This document shows, in pieces, positions 35,637 through 43,622 of a stretch of 48,038 bases of DNA. A program made the position numbers and the translations under genes. Every line of letters begins with the position of its first letter. The first letter of the stretch is position 1. The notes below the pieces were generated by a model. It did not search any database and had not been told where the DNA came from. It worked only from the letters and a program-made list of their open reading frames with translations. Where the stretch lies: positions 1 to 48,038 of the forward strand of contig BTUM01000062.1 in assembly GCA_045863235.1 (NCBI GenBank), in the 5' to 3' direction. Source of the stretch: Candidatus Xenobia bacterium (GTDB lineage Bacteria; Vulcanimicrobiota; Xenobia; Xenobiales; QWHO01).

Positions 35637-36314
35637 ATGTTCGGGTTTGGGAAAAAGAAGCCCACCCTGAAGCTTCTCCCCAAACAAGAGGTGGAAGTAG
35701 AGTTTGAGAATGCCGATGGGGAGTTTGAGAGTCACTTCGTAAACGTCCTCGACGTGCAGAAGAAGCGCGTATGCGTGTCCTCGCCGGGGTCCGATCGGAG
35801 ACCGGTGAGGCTGGTGCCGGGGCAGCAGGTGACCATCTCTGCACTGATGGACGATCGGCTGTTCTCCTACAGCGCTTCGGTTCTCGACTCTCGCGACCGC
35901 GATTTTGACGTGCAGCCTCCGCGCGAGGTCGCGGAGGTCGAGGTCCCGCCGCGAGACGACAATTTCCGCATCGAAGTGCCCATTCCCGTCGAGTATCGGG
36001 CCATGCGAACGGCTCACACTCAGGTGGCGCAGACGCATGCGATCACCACGAACGGCCTGTTCCTTCAAACCAATTTGCCGATTCCGCCCAATACCCAACT
36101 CCACATGGAGCTTGAGATCCCGAATGCCCCGGACATCACGGCCAAGGGTCGGGCGGTGGCCAGTCAAGTGGCCCGCGACAACAGCCGTAAGCATATCACA
36201 GAAGTGGAATACGAAGACATCCCCGAGGACAATCGTACGGCGATTATCCGCTATGCGATCTACTATCGCCAGCGGCAGAAGCGCAAGGAGAGCCGAGAGG
36301 GGAACGGAAAGTAG
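35637..36314 (+). CDS. YcgR/flagellar-brake-like PilZN-PilZ protein
   Basis: N-terminal beta-barrel-like domain, RDDNFR linker, PilZ-like C-terminus; GAGGAGG RBS. Confidence 0.72.
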   Translation: MFGFGKKKPTLKLLPKQEVEVEFENADGEFESHFVNVLDVQKKRVCVSSPGSDRRPVRLVPGQQVTISALMDDRLFSYSASVLDSRDRDFDVQPPREVAEVEVPPRDDNFRIEVPIPVEYRAMRTAHTQVAQTHAITTNGLFLQTNLPIPPNTQLHMELEIPNAPDITAKGRAVASQVARDNSRKHITEVEYEDIPEDNRTAIIRYAIYYRQRQKRKESREGNGK

Positions 36315-36321
36315 GAGCCCG

Positions 36322-37950
36322 TCAGGGCTCCTTCCTTTTGTAGAGAATCATCGGGCCACTTTGAAGGCTGGGGGTGAAGCCCTCGGTGAGCAGTTGTCTG
36401 GCCCACTCCTGGTCCCGTGCGAATTCTTGCGGTGGCACGTTGGGGTAGTCGCCGTTCAGACCAGGGTCAAGCGGCGAGTAGAGCAGCCACTCGACTTTTC
36501 CCTCCTCGATCTGGCGGCGGGCGTTCACGAACTCCTCTGGCGAGTAGAGCACGGGAACGGTCTCCAGGTAGATGGTGGGATTCGAGTAGCCCTGCAGCCA
36601 GACGAGCAAATTTTGCACGGGGAAGCCGTACACTCGGCTGCCTGGTGGGGCCAGAGCGGACAGGCTCTGACTGAGCTGGTTGAGATAGCTTGCCAACCTC
36701 GGGTCATTGAAGTAGAGACGGCCCCGCGGGAAGTCCACGGGATAACGATAGGCCTTCCACGAGAGCAAGTTGTCCAGGCCATTGAGCAGATAGGTCGCTG
36801 CAATCAGGCCGGTTAGAGAAGCGCCCAGCCAGCGGCGCCACCGATACAGGCTGTAGAGAGAGTAGCTCAAGACCCCGTTCCAAAGTGGGGCCTGGAAGTG
36901 CAATCGGTAGCGGTTGGGTCGCCCAAAGTCGAACAGGCTGGCGAAGAGAAGGGCCAGCAGGACGCCCAGGAAGGCGGCATCGCTTACCTCGAAGGAGCGG
37001 GCCCGCACGCGGCGCCAGGCGGCCAGCATGGTAGCCAGGGCCAGCAACGGGTAATACCCTGCGAACTTGATGAGGTCGACGCCGGTGAAGGCAGTGGCCC
37101 GCCAGCACCAGCTCCACCAGGTGGCCAGAGTGGGCTGGCCAAAGCTCGACCACCCCTGGGCCAGGACCGAAAATTCGGTCCAAATCGGGCTCAGGTCCAG
37201 ATAGGAGCGATGCAAGATCAGGTAGCGGCTGGTGTTGAACTTAATCGCGCGGGCAAAGAAGTGCTCTAGAATTCCGTTGAGAGAAAGCCACAGCAGGAAG
37301 ACCACCCCGGGTAAGGTCGCCCCGGCAATCAAGAATCCAACGTTGCGCGCTCTCCGCACCCCCGGCAGAGGCTCGAGCAACAGCAGCAGGCCGGCCCCGA
37401 GGCATGTGGCCAGTCCTTTGGTTTGTAAGAACAGTACCGCCAGACCGCAAAGAAATCCCGAGAGCAATAGCCTTCTGACGTCGTTGGATGAGGTCATTCT
37501 CCAGCGATCAGCCAGCACACCCAGGGCCAGCAATGTGAAGATGCTGGCGTCCCAATGAAAGCTGACGATGGGCCAGGCCTGCACTCCCAGGCACAGAAAC
37601 AACAGGGTCGGCAACTCGGACCAGCCTCTAGGTAGCAGGCGGAATGAGAACCACTGAATGGTGGCGGCCAACAGGGCCGCCATCGTGACAAAGTAGAGCC
37701 GCATGGCCACGACGGACTCGCCCACGGTGGAGAAAACGATGTTAAGAAGCCAGTTGGTTGCCGGCGTGAAGCGCGTGGCGAAATCCTGATAGGGAAGCTC
37801 TCCCCTCAGCATGCGGGAACTGCATTCCAGAACGTAGGCCTCGTCGTGAATGATGCTGACCTGGCTCTGGAAGGGCCCTACCAGCATTAGAACCTGCAAC
37901 CCGAAGGCAACTCCGATCAGCAGTCGCCGGTAGCGGTTGGACCAGCCCAC
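36322..37950 (-). CDS. GT-C fold membrane glycosyltransferase
   Basis: HDE in first loop, GELPYQDF, multiple TM helices, soluble C-terminal domain. Confidence 0.72.
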   Translation of the reverse strand: MGWSNRYRRLLIGVAFGLQVLMLVGPFQSQVSIIHDEAYVLECSSRMLRGELPYQDFATRFTPATNWLLNIVFSTVGESVVAMRLYFVTMAALLAATIQWFSFRLLPRGWSELPTLLFLCLGVQAWPIVSFHWDASIFTLLALGVLADRWRMTSSNDVRRLLLSGFLCGLAVLFLQTKGLATCLGAGLLLLLEPLPGVRRARNVGFLIAGATLPGVVFLLWLSLNGILEHFFARAIKFNTSRYLILHRSYLDLSPIWTEFSVLAQGWSSFGQPTLATWWSWCWRATAFTGVDLIKFAGYYPLLALATMLAAWRRVRARSFEVSDAAFLGVLLALLFASLFDFGRPNRYRLHFQAPLWNGVLSYSLYSLYRWRRWLGASLTGLIAATYLLNGLDNLLSWKAYRYPVDFPRGRLYFNDPRLASYLNQLSQSLSALAPPGSRVYGFPVQNLLVWLQGYSNPTIYLETVPVLYSPEEFVNARRQIEEGKVEWLLYSPLDPGLNGDYPNVPPQEFARDQEWARQLLTEGFTPSLQSGPMILYKRKEP

Positions 37951-37957
37951 GTCAGTC

Positions 37958-38872
37958 TCACGGACTCGGCGAGGGGGAGGAGAGCAACTCAGCCTCCAAC
38001 TCGTCCGGAGTCTTGCCTCGATAGAACTTCAGGTCCTGATGCTCGAACCACCGATAGCGAGCCCCTTTGAACTCGAGCAGGTAGTCCTGACGCAGATCGT
38101 AAGCCCCCACTACGGCGCGCCCCGTGGTCATGTCGATCATGCTGCGTCCGACGACCTTTCCTTGACCGGCAGGCTTCATCTCCCCGGTCACCGACTCGGG
38201 ATCGATGTAGCCACTGAACTCGATCAGGGCATAGTCCTTGCCGTGGCGCTCCTCCATCCGGATCAGCTTGAAGTCCAACTTGTGGACTAACCGCAGTTCC
38301 TCGGTGAGGAGCTTACGCTTCAGAATGATCTTATCGCTCCAACGGGCGTCCTTTAAAGTGATCCGCTCGTCGGGTAGAGTGGGCCAGAGCAATAGTGAAA
38401 ACTGGCCGAGATTGCTGTCACTCAGAACGTCCTGCTTGCTGGCCCCGCTGCGGATGACCGAGATCAGGCCTCCCCTGGCGGGAATGCGCAGCGTGAAGCG
38501 CTCCTTGCCCAGCACCCCGCGAATGCCGGCGCTCAGTTGCTCGGAGCGCATTTCACGCACCTCGTACCGGATGGACTCCTCACGGCCGGTGGACTCGACA
38601 TTCTCGTAGAGCCGGATGTTGATCTGCAGTTGCTCGCCGCGAAGCTGGTCGGAGGGAGCCGCTTCTCCAACGATCTCCTGACCCCGGGTCAACACCATGG
38701 TCAGGGCCACGTCCCCTTCCTCGCCGGCCCTCAGACGGTGGCGCAACGAGTAACCGAGCAATTCCTCGCGCAGGTTTGGAACGAAGGTGAGCAGCAGGCC
38801 CATCAAAGTGACCATGATCAGCACGCTCAGCAGCAGGGCGCGCAGCACCCGGATGGGCTGAATTCGATTCAT
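37958..38872 (-). CDS. hypothetical single-TM exported protein
   Basis: ATG at 38872 (MNRIQPIR), N-terminal TM helix, beta-rich remainder. Confidence 0.65.
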   Translation of the reverse strand: MNRIQPIRVLRALLLSVLIMVTLMGLLLTFVPNLREELLGYSLRHRLRAGEEGDVALTMVLTRGQEIVGEAAPSDQLRGEQLQINIRLYENVESTGREESIRYEVREMRSEQLSAGIRGVLGKERFTLRIPARGGLISVIRSGASKQDVLSDSNLGQFSLLLWPTLPDERITLKDARWSDKIILKRKLLTEELRLVHKLDFKLIRMEERHGKDYALIEFSGYIDPESVTGEMKPAGQGKVVGRSMIDMTTGRAVVGAYDLRQDYLLEFKGARYRWFEHQDLKFYRGKTPDELEAELLSSPSPSP

Positions 38873-38917
38873 TTTTGAAGGTTCGCCTCCACCCGGGCCC
38901 GTCCTGCAGGGGAGAGG

Positions 38918-39871
38918 TTGGCCGGTCGGGAAGCCGCGCTCGTGTATCGCGACCTGCCAGTTCTGGTCACAGGCGCGGGGGGATTTCTGGGGCTGCATCT
39001 CTGTCGAGCCCTGGTCGATCAGGGCGCCCGAGTGACGGGCCTGGTTCGGCCCGAGCGCTCTTATTCCGGGCTGGAGGCCCTCGCGTCGGTCGCCCTGGAG
39101 CGGGCGGACGTGACCGATGGGTCAGCGGTGCTGGCTGCCGTTCGTCGGGCTCGGCCCCAGGTCGTGTTTCACCTGGCCGCATCGCTCGATCGCTCGCGCA
39201 GCCTGGCAGCCGTGGACAAACTCACCCAGGCCAACGTGAACGGCACCCTGAACTTGTTGCGAGCGGCCGCCGCCGCTGGCACCGAGGTGGTGGTCTACAC
39301 AGGCTCCTACGAGGAGTATGGTCGCCAGACGCCCCCGTTTTCAGAGGCCCAGTCCTGTGGGCCGCTGACCCCATACGCCGCCTCCAAGGCCACCGCGACC
39401 CTCTGGTGCCAGGCTCTGCACCAGGCCATCGGACTGAAAGCTATTTCGGCCCGCCTCTACATGGTCTATGGTCCAGGTCAACCAGCTTTCAACTTCATCC
39501 CGCAGTTGGTGCAGGCGATCAAGAGCGGGCAGCAACTGAAGATGACGCCCGGCGAACAGACGCGGGACTTCACCTGGGTCGGGGACACGGTGGAGGCATT
39601 GCTGCGCCTCGGGCGCCGTCCCGACCTCGGTGGCCAGGTGTTCAATGTCTGCTCAGGCCGCGAAACCTCTTTACACGAGGTTCTACTGTTGTTTTCTGCC
39701 GTCATCGGGCGGGAGATACCTGTCGAGATGGGGGCCCTGCCCTATCGAGAGAGTGAGCTCTTCCGGGTCTGGGGCAGCCCTCAGACCCTGCTCGGGGCCA
39801 CGGGCTATCGCCCCCGGACCGAGCTGCGTCAGGGTCTGGAGCTGCTGGCCCGCGAGGAGGGGCTGCTCTGA
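38918..39871 (+). CDS. NAD-dependent epimerase/dehydratase (sugar-nucleotide)
   Basis: TGAGGFLG, FHLAA, YAASK, VYGPGQ, RDFTWV. Confidence 0.9.
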   Translation: MAGREAALVYRDLPVLVTGAGGFLGLHLCRALVDQGARVTGLVRPERSYSGLEALASVALERADVTDGSAVLAAVRRARPQVVFHLAASLDRSRSLAAVDKLTQANVNGTLNLLRAAAAAGTEVVVYTGSYEEYGRQTPPFSEAQSCGPLTPYAASKATATLWCQALHQAIGLKAISARLYMVYGPGQPAFNFIPQLVQAIKSGQQLKMTPGEQTRDFTWVGDTVEALLRLGRRPDLGGQVFNVCSGRETSLHEVLLLFSAVIGREIPVEMGALPYRESELFRVWGSPQTLLGATGYRPRTELRQGLELLAREEGLL

Positions 39872-40012
39872 GGCTGGTCGCTTCGATAGAGCTCTATGGT
39901 TAGAGCAGCGCGCAAGAACTGATGGTCGCTGCGCGGAGAAGTCGGGCCCACCACAGCTTCTTTATTCGCGGCAAGTAACGTGCCTGACTGCTGCGCTATG
40001 CTCCCCAGCGCA

Positions 40013-40807
40013 CTAGAACCAGGGAAAGACCCAGCGACCGTTCTCAGCCCGCACCATGCGCCGGCAGTCGATGACCGCGCTGAGGGCGAACCAGCCGTGG
40101 ATATGGCCTGACAGTGTCGTTCGGCCACCTGCCTTGATGGCCTCGGGCTGGAACTTGGCCAGGTCGATCACCAGGACCGCCAGAGCCGGATCGGGCAGGT
40201 GGGCGAAGAGCCGATTGGCCATCATCTCCACGGCTTCAGGCTCCAGAGCGCACTGGATGAACTCTTGGGAGCCTTCCAGATTCTGCCAGTGCTCGGGATT
40301 GTCGAGGTCAGGCCAGCGGTCGACCCGCATCACGTAATAACAGAAGCCCGCCTCGTCCGGGTAGGCGATGCGCCGATAGCCTCGAACCTTGGCCGCGTGG
40401 TGGTCGTAGTGCTTCCACGAGATCTCCTGGGCCAGGGCCACCATGTCGGGCTCTTCCAGAATCTCGGGGTTGGCCAGGGCGGCCAGGAAGGTGCGATGGG
40501 TCTCGGCCAGACCCCGCCAGGCCTGCTGGAGGGTGTAGTGTTGCTTCTCTGCCCATAGCCTGGCGTTGATGGCATCCCCATCTTTGGCCCAGTCATAATC
40601 GAACACTCGGGGTCGGCGGCCCGACAGATACTCCTCGGTGGCGCGAATGTATTCGGTCTCCCAGGAAGCGATGTGACCCATGATATCTTTGACCGACCAG
40701 AGTCCGATCGTCTTCTCGGCCACCACGAACTCATCGGGTAATCCCGCCAGCGATTGCAAGTAAAGATGCCAGGATTGGTGGATCTTGGAGAAGACCTGCA
40801 TGTGCAT
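40013..40807 (-). CDS. DinB/DfsB-like four-helix bundle fused to a DUF952-like domain
   Basis: WSVKDIMGHIASWE...HYDHH; C-terminal FIQC..ANRLF..LVID..HIHG..LSAV. Confidence 0.7.
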   Translation of the reverse strand: MHMQVFSKIHQSWHLYLQSLAGLPDEFVVAEKTIGLWSVKDIMGHIASWETEYIRATEEYLSGRRPRVFDYDWAKDGDAINARLWAEKQHYTLQQAWRGLAETHRTFLAALANPEILEEPDMVALAQEISWKHYDHHAAKVRGYRRIAYPDEAGFCYYVMRVDRWPDLDNPEHWQNLEGSQEFIQCALEPEAVEMMANRLFAHLPDPALAVLVIDLAKFQPEAIKAGGRTTLSGHIHGWFALSAVIDCRRMVRAENGRWVFPWF

Positions 40808-40836
40808 ATGCGGCCGGCTTTCGCCCAGAGCTGAAA

Positions 40837-41496
40837 CTAGCCTTCTTGCCTGCTGCTGAAAAGGCTATCGGGCAAGTTCTGGTTGAATCGGTAGTTGCTG
40901 TACTGGGCCCGTGCGGTGGCCTCCATGGAGGCCGAAGGGAAATGGATCACGGCCCGCATGCCTTTGAGCACGAGGTAGCCATCCACCGTCTGGAACTCGG
41001 TATCCACCGTCAGAAGGCCCTCTTTGGCATAGGTAGTCTGGTGGCGCAACACGGTGTAGCTTGTGCTATGAATCCAGACATCGACCCGACGCACGTCGCT
41101 CTTGAAGACCTTGGGAATGAGCTCGACGTGGTGGCAGTCCTCACCGTTCAGCTTCTCGCGGCCCACCACTCGGGCATTGTACTTCTCCAGATTGGGAAGA
41201 TTGAAGCCGTAAATATTGGGGTAACGCTTCAGAAAGCCGGGGGCCTTCTCGAGCTCCACCTTGTTCTTGTCGGGCTTTTTGTAGTAGTAAGTGCCCTTCA
41301 GCTTGGGCTTGTAGGGCACAAAGGAAACCTTGGCGTCCAGGGCCAGGCTCATGTCCGCGGCATAGTCTTGTAAGCCTGGATTGAGATTTTTGGCCCGTTC
41401 GAAGAGCGCGTCTGCGTCCAGACCTGAGGGAGAGGCCGGCAGAGCCAGCCAGACTGACATGAGGGCCAGGATCCAGAGTCTGCAATGTCTCATCAC
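40837..41496 (-). CDS. LolA-like / outer-membrane lipoprotein-sorting family protein
   Basis: Signal peptide, YKKPDK, ELIPK, YSNYRFNQNLPDSLF. Confidence 0.75.
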   Translation of the reverse strand: MMRHCRLWILALMSVWLALPASPSGLDADALFERAKNLNPGLQDYAADMSLALDAKVSFVPYKPKLKGTYYYKKPDKNKVELEKAPGFLKRYPNIYGFNLPNLEKYNARVVGREKLNGEDCHHVELIPKVFKSDVRRVDVWIHSTSYTVLRHQTTYAKEGLLTVDTEFQTVDGYLVLKGMRAVIHFPSASMEATARAQYSNYRFNQNLPDSLFSSRQEG

Positions 41497-41534
41497 GATG
41501 AATTAGTCTCAAAGCCAGGGGATCCTCCTCCGCC

Positions 41535-43616
41535 TCAGGGGGCGGAAGTGAGCAGCCACTCCAGTCCCTCCTCCACCAGATCCTCAAAGGCGCCCGCGAT
41601 GCGAGTGCAGCGAGGTAGAGACTGCAGAAAGCGAGGCCCGTACTGTCGGGTCTGCACCCGGGGGTCGAGCAGGTAGACCAGACCGCGGTCACTGGAGGTT
41701 CGAATCAGGCGGCCGAAGCCCTGACGGAGCTTGAGGATGGCCAGCGGCAGCTGAAGAAACTCAAAGGCGCTGTACCCTTCGGTTTCGAGCATGCTAGAGC
41801 GGGCTTCAACGACCGGATCGGTGGGAACTCGGAAAGGTAGCCGGGCGAGCACCACGCAACGCAGGGCATCGCCGGGCACATCCACCCCTTCCCAAAAGGA
41901 ATCGGTGCCCACGAGAAGGGCCCGACCATGGGAGCGAAAGCGTTGCACCAGCTGGGCCGAGGGCAGATCCCCCTGGGCCAGCAGCTCGATGCCCATCTGG
42001 GCCAGCCGGGGGCGGAGCTGGCGCGCGAACTGGTGCAGTTGCTGCCAGGAGGTTACCAGCAGGAAGGTCCGTCCCCCCAGGGCTTCGGCCAGACGGAGAA
42101 GTCCCGGCACGGCCCGGCCCACAAATCCTTCGCTGGAAACCTCACCCAGATCGGAGGCCAGTCCCAGAAAGGCCTGCTGAGGATATTCGAACGGGCTGTC
42201 GAGCAGCATCCGGGCCACCCGGTTGCTGACCGCGCCGAGGCCCACCCGCCTCTCAAAGAACTCGGTCTGGCGTCCGACGGCCAGGGTGGCCGATGTCATG
42301 ACCACGGTGCGCAGTCGGGGGTACAGCTCGTCCGACAGAATGCGGCTGACGTCGAGGGGGGCAGCCGCCACTCCGGCGTCGCGCTTGCCCGCCTCAGCCC
42401 AGTAGATCCACTGGTCCGAGTCGGGAAACAGGCAGAACTCCAGTGCTTGGGCCATGGAATCCAACCTGGACAGGGCCCCGGCCAGCTCGGACGAGCCCGG
42501 ATCTTGCAGGGTCCAGGCTTCGTGGACCAGCATGGTGTCCTGCACGTGGTGCAGCATGTCGCACCAGTGTCGCAGCTCCTGGACGAGTGCCAGCCCCGCC
42601 TGGTGTAACTCGCTCTCGGCCAGCGTGCCGGGGAAACTGCGTTTGAGGCGATAGCGCCCTTCGCTGGCCCCGGCCAGGGCGGCGGCTGCGTTTCCTAGCC
42701 GCTCGGAAAGCTCGCGCAGATCGATGGCTCGGGCCAGGAGCTGGTAGTCGATCTGCTTGAGCAACTCTCGCTGCAGCTCCCCCTCGAGCCCCGAGCGCGC
42801 CACTCGAGCCCGGATCGATGCCAGCAAGCCGGTTTCCTCGCTGCGCGCACGGGGACGGTAGAGGCGCTGGAGCAAGAGCTCGAGTCCGTGGCGGCTCACT
42901 CCCTGGCCCAGGTGCTCGGTGGCAACCTCCTCCAGGTGGTGGGCTTCGTCGAGCACCAGATAGCGGTATTCAGGTAGCACTCCCTGGGCGCCGCCCAGGC
43001 GCAGATTAAGATCTGCCAGCAGAAGCGAGTGGTTGGTGACGATCACGTCGGCCTGCTCGAGGGCGCGCCGAGCCCTGAAGAAGTAACAGTCCTGAAAGTG
43101 AGGGCAGGCCTGCCGGCTGCAGGCCAGCGGGTCGGCCACCACGTGACTCCAGAGCTCGTCCGACAGTCGGAGTTGCTGGCGCTCCCCGGTCTTGCCCAGC
43201 GTGGGACGAATCTGCTCCAGGGCGGCCTGCTCGCTCGGCTCGAGCTCGTCGAGCTGAGCGAAGCGTCGCAAGCAAGCGTAGTTGGACCAGCCTTTGGCCA
43301 GCACCACCTGGTAATCGCGCCCCAGGAAGCCGGCCAGCCGAGGCAGATCGTGCTCAAGCAGTTGCTGCTGCAGATTGATGGTGCGGGTGGACACTACGAT
43401 GGGGCCATCCGTCTCTTCTAGAAACAAGAAAGCCGGCACCAGATAACCGAGAGACTTCCCGGTTCCGGTGCCGGCTTCCACCACCAGCACTTCCTGGTCG
43501 ACCAGAGCGCGAGCTACGGCGGTAGCCATCTCGAGCTGAGCCGAGCGCACCTCGTAGCCCCCCGCAGCCAGAACGCGCGTGAAGAAGTCACGCACGCGGG
43601 CCTGGAGCGGGTGCAA
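41535..43616 (-). CDS. dinG: DinG/YoaA family ATP-dependent helicase
   Basis: EAGTGTGKS, four-Cys Fe-S region, DEAHH, SATL, FWEGVD, QGFGRLIR. Confidence 0.92.
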   Translation of the reverse strand: MHPLQARVRDFFTRVLAAGGYEVRSAQLEMATAVARALVDQEVLVVEAGTGTGKSLGYLVPAFLFLEETDGPIVVSTRTINLQQQLLEHDLPRLAGFLGRDYQVVLAKGWSNYACLRRFAQLDELEPSEQAALEQIRPTLGKTGERQQLRLSDELWSHVVADPLACSRQACPHFQDCYFFRARRALEQADVIVTNHSLLLADLNLRLGGAQGVLPEYRYLVLDEAHHLEEVATEHLGQGVSRHGLELLLQRLYRPRARSEETGLLASIRARVARSGLEGELQRELLKQIDYQLLARAIDLRELSERLGNAAAALAGASEGRYRLKRSFPGTLAESELHQAGLALVQELRHWCDMLHHVQDTMLVHEAWTLQDPGSSELAGALSRLDSMAQALEFCLFPDSDQWIYWAEAGKRDAGVAAAPLDVSRILSDELYPRLRTVVMTSATLAVGRQTEFFERRVGLGAVSNRVARMLLDSPFEYPQQAFLGLASDLGEVSSEGFVGRAVPGLLRLAEALGGRTFLLVTSWQQLHQFARQLRPRLAQMGIELLAQGDLPSAQLVQRFRSHGRALLVGTDSFWEGVDVPGDALRCVVLARLPFRVPTDPVVEARSSMLETEGYSAFEFLQLPLAILKLRQGFGRLIRTSSDRGLVYLLDPRVQTRQYGPRFLQSLPRCTRIAGAFEDLVEEGLEWLLTSAP

Positions 43617-43622
43617 AGCGGT

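Noticed and set aside
35413..35844. N-terminal extension of the 217-aa ORF 35191-35844
   Set aside because: Overlaps the divergent gene and intergenic DNA; the strong RBS points to ATG 35412
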